64,000 bases of DNA. It comes from Bacteroidota bacterium (GTDB lineage Bacteria > Bacteroidota > Bacteroidia > UKL13-3). The position numbers were made by a program, and so were the translations under genes. Position 1 is the first letter of the stretch. Every line of letters begins with the position of its first letter. Where the stretch lies: the NCBI GenBank assembly GCA_013298895.1, contig JAAFJM010000002.1, forward strand, positions 6,427-70,426, in the 5' to 3' direction. The notes under the pieces are model-generated. The model saw only the letters and a list, made by a program, of their open reading frames with translations, ran no database searches and was not told the origin of the DNA. Shown one piece after another: positions 55,817 through 64,000 of this stretch.

Positions 55817-56488
55817 ATGAACAAAACAGCTTTGATAGTAGCAGGTGGAAGCGGAACGCGTATGGAAAGCAATTTACCCAAACAGTTTTTACTATTGGCG
55901 GGAAAACCTATTTTAATGCACACCATTGAAGCATTTTATAATAGTGGAGTCAACCAAATTGTTTTAGTTTTACCTCAAAGCCAAATAGAATTTTGGAACC
56001 AATTATGCCTAACACATCAATTTACCATTCATCACCAAATAGTAGCTGGTGGAGCATCTCGTTTCGAATCGGTTCAAAATGGTTTACAGCACTGTAACGA
56101 TAATGATTTAGTAGCCATTCACGATGGAGTAAGGCCTTTTATAAGTAAAGAAATTATAACACTAAGCTTTGACAAAGCTACACAAAAAGGAAATGCAGTA
56201 GCAGCAGTCCGCTTAAAAGACTCGATAAGAAAAGTTGAACTACTAAGTAATAAAAATGTGAACAGAGATAATTATTACCTGATTCAGACTCCACAAACTT
56301 TTAAAGCCAATTTAATTAAAGAGGCTTATGCAGCGCAAGATCATATTAACTTTACCGATGATGCAAGTGTTTTAGAATCAAACGGACACGCTATTAACTT
56401 AATAGCTGGTGATTACAAAAACATAAAAATAACTACGCCCGAAGATTTACTGGTTGGAGAAGCTTTTTTATCAAATAAAACTCGTTAA
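55817..56488 (+). CDS. ispD: 2-C-methyl-D-erythritol 4-phosphate cytidylyltransferase
   Basis: Carries the ALIVAGGSGTRM motif. The likely start is MNKTAL; the track ORF starts at 55802. Confidence 0.85.
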   Translation: MNKTALIVAGGSGTRMESNLPKQFLLLAGKPILMHTIEAFYNSGVNQIVLVLPQSQIEFWNQLCLTHQFTIHHQIVAGGASRFESVQNGLQHCNDNDLVAIHDGVRPFISKEIITLSFDKATQKGNAVAAVRLKDSIRKVELLSNKNVNRDNYYLIQTPQTFKANLIKEAYAAQDHINFTDDASVLESNGHAINLIAGDYKNIKITTPEDLLVGEAFLSNKTR

Positions 56489-56543
56489 CCTTTCAATAAA
56501 TTTATTATATCTGCAATATTAAATTATCAAAAAGGGCATACAA

Positions 56544-56578
56544 AAAAAGGGCAACTCAAAATTTGAGTTGCCCTTTTA
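56544..56578. terminator. Bidirectional terminator between ispD and the giant T9SS cargo gene
   Basis: AAAAGGGCAACTCAAA-a-TTTGAGTTGCCCTTTT. Confidence 0.8.
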
Positions 56579-56595
56579 GTTTGTAACTATTTGTC

Positions 56596-59500
56596 TTAAT
56601 ATTTAAATAATTTCATTACCTGTGTTTCGCCATTAATATTGAAACGAACAAAATAAATTCCATTATTAAAATTATTACAATTATCAATAACTATTGTATT
56701 TGAGCCTTGCACAACAAATTCATTTTTTGAAACAATAACCTTTCCTTGAATATCTAGAATGTCGTAAGTAATATTACCTTCAACATTTGATACAAAAGAA
56801 ATATTAAAATCATTTGTGAAAGGATTAGGGAAAACAGCAACCGAATTTTTTGATTCACCATTTACACTGATTCTTATGATTTGAGAATAACTTATGGTTC
56901 CGTCAAAATCAATTTGTTTTAAACGATAATAAACCAAAGGTGAGTTATTTAAAACACCTGCATCTAGTAAGTTATAGTTAATTGTGGCATTGCTATTACC
57001 TGCACCTTTAACAAAACCAATAGTTTTAAAAATTTTAGCGTCAAATGATCTTTCCACTTCAAAACCTTTATTATTAATTTCAGATACAGTTACCCATTTT
57101 AATATTACGTCACTATTTTTAGTAATTCCATTAAATGATAATAATTTAACTGGAAGTGTAATATTGTTATTTGAATTAGCTGCAGAAAATTTATTATGCA
57201 TATATTTACCATTGTATTCGTAAACATCAAAAGTATAATCTGTAAAATTAGATAATCCTGTTACATTTACTGTATTACCTGAACCTTTATATACAATGTA
57301 ATTACCTGCACCAGTTAAACTTGATGTAACTAAACTACCAAAAACAGAATTTGCTGTATACATAACTGTATCGTAAGGAGCAATAGCTGAGGTTGTTGTC
57401 AAACGTGCTACTACAATTCGTTCTTGTCCATTACCTACAGTAAATGAAACGCCCATTTCGGCTCCGGCAGGATTAGGAGTCAAATTAATAGAACTTGCAA
57501 TAACTGTTGGTGTTGTTAAAGTAAGAACTTCAATATCATCTATTGCCCAACCCTCATCTGTTCCAAATTGATCTGCGGCAAAATGGAAACGGAACTTAAC
57601 ATTTGATTGACCAGCAGCCCCTGTTAAAGAAGTTGCACTTTGAACCCAACCATTAACTTGACTTGCATACGTTCCAGTTGTATTTGTAAATTTACTTCCA
57701 GATGAAATAAAACCACTAGTGTTTGTTAAGTTATGCCAAGAATAACTACTTAAAGTATTAAAATTAGTTCCCGTTCCTGTTTGGTTGTTTAATCTAGTCC
57801 AAGGACCATTATTTATTGATATTTCAACAACCCCACAATCCCAACCTGGATCATTGTTAGTTTTATGCTTATTTCTAAATCTTAAAATTGGATCTGAAGT
57901 TATTGTAGAAAAATCAAACTGAGGAGAAACCAAAGCAGCTTCTTCATCTCCGAATCCACCATAATTCCCTGTTAAATTAGTAACATATGCATTTGGTGCA
58001 GAATAAGCACCATTCATAAAGGCTTTTGTTGGTGTTCCTAAAGCCCATGAGTTATATCTTGAGTTTAGAGATACACTAGTCCATCCATTATTTCCTAACG
58101 TATCAAAATTCTGAGCATATGGTAAACTAGAAACAATCGGAGAAGTAACAAAACTATCTTGACTACTGTATGCAGTACCAACACTGTTAACAGCATAAGC
58201 ACGGTAATAGTATTTTGTAGTATGCGTTAAAGCAATCATATTAAAATTAAAACTACCTGTAGCGGCATTTGGAGTTGTGACTGAATCTATAACTCCTACA
58301 CCACCTACTGCAGGTAATGAAGATGTGCTTAAAACCACCCCACTAACTGTTATTGGAGCACCTCCATCATTTACAATTGTACCACCAACAGTAGCAACAG
58401 TAGTACCAATTGTATTTGCAACATTGCTATTTATCAAAGCTAAAGTAGCACTTGCGTTAGTAGTAAATGTACTATCAGCACCGTAACTAGTACCAATACC
58501 ATTTTTAGCATAAGCGCGATAATAATAAGTTGTAGCATTTGTAAGTCCAATAATATTTTTACTAAATAATCCAGTTGTTGCTAATGGACTAGATGCTGAA
58601 TCAATTACTCCAATACCACCTCTTACAGGTGATGGTGACGTGCTATATACAACACCGCTTTCAGTTATTGTTGCATTTCCATTACTAATTATATTACCCG
58701 ATAGCGTTGCATTATTGGTTGTAATACTTGATTTAGTACCAGTAACAACTGTTGGAGCTACAGGAGGGAATACTTCAATATTATCAACAGCCCAACCTTC
58801 ATCAGTTCCAAAGAAATTAAATGTTGTACTTTCAAAACGCATTCTAACCTTAACATTAGACTGGCCTGCTGCACCAGTTAACCTAGTTGTACTTTGTATC
58901 CAGCCATTTGACTGTGATGCGTACAATGTGGCATTTCCAGTAAAAATTGGTCCACCTGTAGATGCCCAAAAATTATTTGGACCATTATACCATGCTATAC
59001 TTCCATTTGTACTATTGAAATTTGCACCTATACCAAAATTATCATCTAATTTAGTCCAAACGCCATTGTTAATTGAAATTTCAACTACTGCTAAATCAAC
59101 TCCTGATACAGTGCGAAACTTGTGTTGGAACCTTAATATTGGGTCAGCTGTTTGAGTAGAAAAATCAAATTGAGGAGATGTTAATGCTGCATTAGTACTA
59201 TTAGCATAATTACCAGTTATATTTGTAACCCATGCATTTGGTGCACTGAATGCATTATTAATAATTGTTTTTGCAGGAGTCCCCAATTGCCAAGGATTAA
59301 TTGTTCCTGAAACAGTGTTTGCACCCCATCCATTATTGCTTGAAATGATATCGAAATTTTCACTATATGGTATTACTGAAACAATAGGAGCAGTTGTAAA
59401 ACTATCTTGTGTACTATATGCAGTTCCAATACCATTGATAGCATATGCACGATAATAATATTTAGTTGAATGGGTTAAACCTGCTAATGTAAAATTAAAT

Positions 59501-61977
59501 ACTCCAGAAGAAATATTAGGTGTTGTAATTGAATCGACAACTCCAACTCCACCAATTACTGGTGAAGGATTAGTTGAGTAAACAACACCACTTAATGTTA
59601 TTGGGTCACCACCATTATTTACTATGGTACCTCCAATAACAGCACTAGTTGGTTTAATAAGTGTGGCTCCATTTTTATTAATAGAAGCAATTGTTGAACT
59701 TGCATTAGTTGTAAAAACGCTATCAGCACCATAGGTTGTTCCAACAGCATTTTTAGCGTAAGCACGGTAATAGTAGGTAGTAGCATTACTCAAACCAGTA
59801 ATATTTTTATTAAATATACCTAAAGTAGCTAAAGGACTTGAAGCTGAATCAACCACACCAATACCACCACGAACTGGAGCAGGTGTTGTGCTGTAAACAA
59901 TTCCGCTTTCCGTAACTGCGCTAAAACCATTTGATAAAATATTTCCACTTAGTGTGGCTGTATTAGAAGTTATATTAGAACTATTACTGGTTGAAACTGT
60001 AGGACTAACAGGTAAGAATACTTCAATATTATCAACTGCCCAACCTTCATCTACAAATCCATCTGCCCAAAAGCGAAATCTAAATTTAACATTTGATTGA
60101 CCCATTGCACCTGTTAAAGGGGTAACAGATGTAATCCAACCATTAACGTGAGAAGAGTAAGCTGTACTTAAATTATTGAACTTATTGGCACCTAAAGTTC
60201 CATTTGCCGCACTTGTATTGTACCATGCTGTACTATTTGCTGTATTAAAATTAGGCCCTGTACCTGTAGTATTATCTAATCTTGTCCAAGCACCATTATT
60301 AATTGAAATTTCTACTACACCAGCATCCCAGCCAATGTCATTTGATTCATCAAATTTATGCTTAAAACTAACAACAGGAGTTACTGTTAAAGCTGAAAAA
60401 TCGAATTGAGGTGAGGTTAAACCACAATCTTCAGTTCCGAGATAATTACCTGATAATTTTGTAACAAAACAATTAGGGGCTGAAAATGCTGAATTTAAAA
60501 AAGTTTTTGTAGGTGTACCTTTTTCCCAAGAATTAGTACCGGCATTAATCGTATTTGTTGTCCAAATAGTTGTTGGAGCATCAAAATTTTCGCTGTATGG
60601 TAAAATTGAAACTATTGGGGCTGTTGTAAAACTATCTTGAGAACTATATGCAGTACCGATACTATTAATGGCATATGCTCTGTAATAATATTTTGTAGAA
60701 TGTGTTAAACCTCCTAAAACAAAGTTAAATGACCCACTAGGAACATTTGGAGTTGTAACAGAATCTACTACTCCAACACCCCCAATACTAGGCATTGAAG
60801 AAGTTGAAAACACAACACCACTTACTGTTATAGGGTCGCCTCCATTGTTCAATATAGTACCACCAACAGATGCAGAACTAGTAGTAACTCCACTAGGGGC
60901 ATTTCTATTAATTGAGGCAATCGTTGAACCTGCATTTGTGGTAAAACTGCTGTCTGCACCATAAGTTGTACCTACACTATTAATAGCGTAAGCACGGTAA
61001 AAATAGGTTGTTGCATTACTTAATCCAGCAATATCTTTTGTAAAAGTACCTGCAGTAGCTGTTGGTGAGGTTATAGAATCAATTACACCAACTCCTCCAA
61101 TTGTTGGACTTGCACTTGTTCCAATAACGAAGCCACTTGCTGTAATCGCTGGAAATGTATTTCCAACGATTGAACCAGAAAGTGTAACGGTATTTGTTAA
61201 AATATTGGTTTTAGTACCTGTTGATACAACTGGAGCAGCAGGAGTTGGGGGCGCAAATTGATATATTTGACCAGTAGCAGGTTTAACATTAATACCAGTT
61301 GTTTCAACTGTTGAACTAGCTGTAGGAGTCATTCCAGAATTATTCAATGAAAGAAATTTACCCGCACCTGTTGTTACACTGGTTATACCGATAGAAGCAG
61401 AACCAAAAGTTAAAGGAGTAATTTCTTGACGGTAAATAAATTGAATATTTCCTGAGTTTTTAAATAATTTAACTTGGAAAGACATAGTAGGACCACCCAT
61501 GAACGCCCAATCAACATCTAACCATTCAGCAGTGAAAACACTATCACTAGTAGCAGCGATGTAATCTGTTTTGTATTTAAAAGTAATCCCAGAACCATCA
61601 TGATCATCCCATAATGGAGCCAATACAGGTCTTGCAAGTGCAATTCCTGAATTTAAATTATTGCCCCAAGCATTTTCTGTCATAGAACCAATTAAACTTA
61701 ACCATCCATTTGTACAGCCTGCAGCCGTATTATATGTAGCTCCATCGTAACTAAAGTTGAATCCTAATGGAATATTGTTGTAATACCCATCGTCTGTGGT
61801 TCCTCCAGATAAAGTCATTGTAGTACCACCAACTAGTGGTACAAAAGTTCCAGAACTTGCTGTAAAAACATAATTCGAAACTTGAGCCCTTAAGTCATTA
61901 TTGTATCCACTTATAAAAAGCAAAAGCAATAACGAGAAATAGAACTTAAAATTGAGTTTTGTAATAATTTTTTTCAT
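56596..61977 (-). CDS. Giant (1793 aa) T9SS cargo protein: N-terminal domain, three tandem ~420-aa repeats (each two FN3/Ig-like modules plus a MAM/jelly-roll-like module), a beta-sandwich region and a C-terminal T9SS sorting domain
   Basis: Has a signal peptide. The repeats each contain ATLSGNI...GVVYST...GGIGVIDS...TTYYYRAYA twice, followed by SPQFDFS...VVEISINNG.WT.L...DEGWA.D.IEV. The C-terminus (VAVFPNPFTNDFNISF...GIYFVRFNINGETQVMKLFKY) is a T9SS CTD. Confidence 0.8.
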   Translation of the reverse strand: MKKIITKLNFKFYFSLLLLLFISGYNNDLRAQVSNYVFTASSGTFVPLVGGTTMTLSGGTTDDGYYNNIPLGFNFSYDGATYNTAAGCTNGWLSLIGSMTENAWGNNLNSGIALARPVLAPLWDDHDGSGITFKYKTDYIAATSDSVFTAEWLDVDWAFMGGPTMSFQVKLFKNSGNIQFIYRQEITPLTFGSASIGITSVTTGAGKFLSLNNSGMTPTASSTVETTGINVKPATGQIYQFAPPTPAAPVVSTGTKTNILTNTVTLSGSIVGNTFPAITASGFVIGTSASPTIGGVGVIDSITSPTATAGTFTKDIAGLSNATTYFYRAYAINSVGTTYGADSSFTTNAGSTIASINRNAPSGVTTSSASVGGTILNNGGDPITVSGVVFSTSSMPSIGGVGVVDSVTTPNVPSGSFNFVLGGLTHSTKYYYRAYAINSIGTAYSSQDSFTTAPIVSILPYSENFDAPTTIWTTNTINAGTNSWEKGTPTKTFLNSAFSAPNCFVTKLSGNYLGTEDCGLTSPQFDFSALTVTPVVSFKHKFDESNDIGWDAGVVEISINNGAWTRLDNTTGTGPNFNTANSTAWYNTSAANGTLGANKFNNLSTAYSSHVNGWITSVTPLTGAMGQSNVKFRFRFWADGFVDEGWAVDNIEVFLPVSPTVSTSNSSNITSNTATLSGNILSNGFSAVTESGIVYSTTPAPVRGGIGVVDSASSPLATLGIFNKNITGLSNATTYYYRAYAKNAVGTTYGADSVFTTNASSTIASINKNGATLIKPTSAVIGGTIVNNGGDPITLSGVVYSTNPSPVIGGVGVVDSITTPNISSGVFNFTLAGLTHSTKYYYRAYAINGIGTAYSTQDSFTTAPIVSVIPYSENFDIISSNNGWGANTVSGTINPWQLGTPAKTIINNAFSAPNAWVTNITGNYANSTNAALTSPQFDFSTQTADPILRFQHKFRTVSGVDLAVVEISINNGVWTKLDDNFGIGANFNSTNGSIAWYNGPNNFWASTGGPIFTGNATLYASQSNGWIQSTTRLTGAAGQSNVKVRMRFESTTFNFFGTDEGWAVDNIEVFPPVAPTVVTGTKSSITTNNATLSGNIISNGNATITESGVVYSTSPSPVRGGIGVIDSASSPLATTGLFSKNIIGLTNATTYYYRAYAKNGIGTSYGADSTFTTNASATLALINSNVANTIGTTVATVGGTIVNDGGAPITVSGVVLSTSSLPAVGGVGVIDSVTTPNAATGSFNFNMIALTHTTKYYYRAYAVNSVGTAYSSQDSFVTSPIVSSLPYAQNFDTLGNNGWTSVSLNSRYNSWALGTPTKAFMNGAYSAPNAYVTNLTGNYGGFGDEEAALVSPQFDFSTITSDPILRFRNKHKTNNDPGWDCGVVEISINNGPWTRLNNQTGTGTNFNTLSSYSWHNLTNTSGFISSGSKFTNTTGTYASQVNGWVQSATSLTGAAGQSNVKFRFHFAADQFGTDEGWAIDDIEVLTLTTPTVIASSINLTPNPAGAEMGVSFTVGNGQERIVVARLTTTSAIAPYDTVMYTANSVFGSLVTSSLTGAGNYIVYKGSGNTVNVTGLSNFTDYTFDVYEYNGKYMHNKFSAANSNNNITLPVKLLSFNGITKNSDVILKWVTVSEINNKGFEVERSFDAKIFKTIGFVKGAGNSNATINYNLLDAGVLNNSPLVYYRLKQIDFDGTISYSQIIRISVNGESKNSVAVFPNPFTNDFNISFVSNVEGNITYDILDIQGKVIVSKNEFVVQGSNTIVIDNCNNFNNGIYFVRFNINGETQVMKLFKY
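57450..61248 (-). repeat. Three tandem intragenic repeats of ~1.26 kb, about 60-70% identical at protein level
   Basis: Protein self-alignment done by eye. Repeat copies lie at about aa 244-661, 662-1087 and 1088-1510; nt boundaries are approximate. Confidence 0.7.
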
Positions 61978-62125
61978 GAAATTTTTATTAATTTTACTTA
62001 GACAATTATAATTAAATTCTTCTTAAAAAAACAAATACTTAAATATTTTATTTTTGAATGATATAAAATAGCCCCTAAAAGCCTTTAATATAATATATTC
62101 GCACACCCTATTTTCAACTAAAAAA

Positions 62126-63211
62126 GTGACAAAATACAATGTAATTGGCTTAATGAGTGGCACTTCTATGGATGGAGTGGATATAGCTTATTGCGAATTT
62201 TTGTTTGAAAATGGAAAATGGAGCTATACAATTAAAGAGGCTAAAACCATTCCTTACGACCAAAATTGGATGGTACGTTTATCTCAATTATACAAACAAC
62301 CGATTCATTTATTTCCTAAAACAGATGCCTTTTACGGTAGATATTTAGGAAAAATAACACGTCAATTTATTGACGAGCATAACCTTAAAGTTGATTTTGT
62401 TTCCTCTCATGGGCACACTATTTTTCATCAACCAGAAAATGGCTTTACCGCCCAAATAGGTTGCGGGGCAGGCATAAGCGCTGAATGTGGTTTACCAGTT
62501 GTAAATAATTTTAGGGTTATGGATATAGTTCTTGGCGGACAAGGTGCTCCATTGGTTCCAATTGGTGACCAATTTTTATTTGCCGATTACGATGCCTGTC
62601 TAAATTTAGGTGGTTTTTCAAACATAAGTTTTAGAAATTGCCAAAAAGCTTTTGATATTTCTCCATGTAATATGGCTTTTAATTTATTTGCAAATGAGCT
62701 CAATTTACCATTTGATGAGGATGGTAAAATTGCTGCAAGTGGAAGTATCCATGATGAATTATTAATGGAACTGAATAACATTGATTTTTACAAAAAAAAT
62801 AACGCCAAATCGTTAGGAATTGAATGGTTTAACCAATCATTTTTTTCTATCCTAAATCGATTTGAAACCATTTCAATACCCGATAAAATGGCTACTATCA
62901 ACTTACATGTAGCTCAACAAATTGCCAAAGTCATAAACACGGAAAATATTGACAATCTACTTGTTACAGGTGGTGGAGCACATAATAAAATTTTAATTCA
63001 AAACATTCAAGCATCAACTAAAACTCAAATTATAATTCCAGATAGTTTAACCATCAATTACAAAGAAGCGTTGATATTTGCTTTTTTAGGTGTGTTAAGA
63101 ATAAGGAACGAAATCAATATTCTAAAATCGGTAACTGGAGCGGTAAGTAATAGCATTGGCGGTGCTTTACACGGAAATTTCAGCAGGTTGATTGGGAAAT
63201 TAAAAGATTGA
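62126..63211 (+). CDS. anmK: Anhydro-N-acetylmuramic acid kinase
   Basis: Starts MTKYNVIGLMSGTSMDGVDIA and has ASKHA/Hsp70-like sugar-kinase motifs; 361 aa. Confidence 0.85.
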   Translation: MTKYNVIGLMSGTSMDGVDIAYCEFLFENGKWSYTIKEAKTIPYDQNWMVRLSQLYKQPIHLFPKTDAFYGRYLGKITRQFIDEHNLKVDFVSSHGHTIFHQPENGFTAQIGCGAGISAECGLPVVNNFRVMDIVLGGQGAPLVPIGDQFLFADYDACLNLGGFSNISFRNCQKAFDISPCNMAFNLFANELNLPFDEDGKIAASGSIHDELLMELNNIDFYKKNNAKSLGIEWFNQSFFSILNRFETISIPDKMATINLHVAQQIAKVINTENIDNLLVTGGGAHNKILIQNIQASTKTQIIIPDSLTINYKEALIFAFLGVLRIRNEINILKSVTGAVSNSIGGALHGNFSRLIGKLKD

Positions 63212-63212
63212 A

Positions 63213-63292
63213 AAATTACCAAATACAAACAACAAAGTACTAACAACTATAAACTTAGAGCTAAGAAACTAAGAACTATAAACTAAGAACTA
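63213..63292. repeat. Short tandem repeat (AACTAAGAACTATA units)
   Basis: Read directly: aactataaacttagagctaagaaactaagaactataaactaagaactatt. Confidence 0.6.
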
Positions 63293-63294
63293 TT

Positions 63295-64000
63295 ATGCAA
63301 TTAGATAAATTAATAAAAAAATACGAAGACAAACAACCTGAGATTGTTTTTGAATGGAAAGACAGTGAAACCGAAGCTGAAGGCTGGGTAGTTATTAACT
63401 CATTACGCGGTGGTGCTGCAGGCGGAGGAACTCGTATGCGCAAAGGTTTGAACAAACATGAAGTTACTTCCTTAGCCAAAACAATGGAAATTAAATTTAC
63501 CATTGCAGGACCTGCTATTGGTGGTGCTAAAAGTGGTATTAACTTCGACCCTGCTGATCCTCGTAAAAAAGGTGTTTTAGAGCGTTGGTATAAAGCAGTT
63601 ATGCCATTGCTTAAAACTTACTACGGTACTGGTGGCGATTTAAACGTAGATGAAATACACGAAGTAATTCCAATTACTGAAAAATTAGGTTTGTTACATC
63701 CTCAAGAAGGTGTGGTAAATGGTCATTTTAAAGTGAATGCTGAATCAACTAAAAAACGTATAGCTAATTTAACCGAAGGAGTTTCAAAAAAATTAACCGA
63801 CCTACGTTTTATTCCTGCTGATGACAAAAACTTAGTTACAGCCGATATGATTACAGGTTTTGGTGTAGCTGAAGCTGTGCGCCATTATTATGGTATTTGG
63901 GGAGGAAATGTAAACATGAAACGTGCCATTATTCAAGGTTGGGGTAATGTAGGAGCTGCTGCTGCTTATTACTTAAGTTTATATGGTGTAATGATAGTTG
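63295..64000 (+). CDS. Glu/Leu/Phe/Val dehydrogenase family protein (leucine-dehydrogenase-like), N-terminal part (partial at the window end)
   Basis: Manual translation gives MQLDKLIKKYEDKQPEIVFEWKDSETEAEGWVVINSLRGGAAGGGTRMRKG..., which carries the GGxR(M) substrate-site motif of amino-acid dehydrogenases. The ORF runs off the window and is not in the track. Confidence 0.6.
   Translation, partial: MQLDKLIKKYEDKQPEIVFEWKDSETEAEGWVVINSLRGGAAGGGTRMRKGLNKHEVTSLAKTMEIKFTIAGPAIGGAKSGINFDPADPRKKGVLERWYKAVMPLLKTYYGTGGDLNVDEIHEVIPITEKLGLLHPQEGVVNGHFKVNAESTKKRIANLTEGVSKKLTDLRFIPADDKNLVTADMITGFGVAEAVRHYYGIWGGNVNMKRAIIQGWGNVGAAAAYYLSLYGVMIV

Noticed and set aside
56984-60409. Plus-strand ORFs of 69-171 aa (56984-57223, 58277-58486, 58640-59155, 60176-60409) inside the giant T9SS gene
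   Set aside because: They are antisense to a long, well-supported CDS. Their translations are low-complexity (Pro/Val/Leu-rich) and mirror the Thr/Ser/Gly/Asn-rich sense frame. They repeat themselves only because the sense gene is internally repetitive.
1-64000. Search for CRISPR arrays, rRNA, transposase/integrase genes and phage genes
   Set aside because: There are no regularly spaced direct repeats with unique spacers. The only repeats are short tandem arrays and the intragenic protein repeats. No ORF has recombinase or transposase motifs.

Overview
This is a low-GC window (roughly one-third G+C, judged by eye) that reads as ordinary Bacteroidota chromosome, most consistent with Flavobacteriia. 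Lineage markers are a fused LpxC/FabZ gene, PorQ, and at least four proteins carrying a C-terminal type IX secretion (T9SS) sorting domain. Gene density is high, most genes end in clear rho-independent hairpins, and I found no rRNA, tRNA, CRISPR array, transposase or integrase. Recognisable housekeeping genes include dnaG, nrdA and nrdB, a PiT phosphate transporter, cmk, lpxC/fabZ and lpxA, a partial lpxD at the left edge, plsY, clpS, rpe, pdxA, sucC, ispD, anmK, two fatty-acid desaturases, a DEAD-box helicase and a partial Glu/Leu/Phe/Val-family dehydrogenase at the right edge. I did not find a clear multi-gene novel system such as a defense island or mobile element. The items most worth a second look are: (1) the nrdB-nrdA spacer holds a gene for a four-helix-bundle ('23S rRNA intervening-sequence protein' family) protein that is bracketed by a perfect 22-bp inverted repeat, so it looks like an intervening-sequence-like or miniature mobile cassette inside an operon; (2) a 1793-aa T9SS cargo protein is built from three tandem ~1.26-kb repeats of about 420 aa each; (3) a 1458-aa secreted protein has no recognisable domains; (4) a perfect 18-bp palindrome sits at the pitA/porQ divergent promoter; (5) a family of short degenerate tandem repeats with a GATTTTTGAT core recurs in intergenic DNA. 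Manual coordinates may be off by 1-2 nt where homopolymer runs made counting uncertain.
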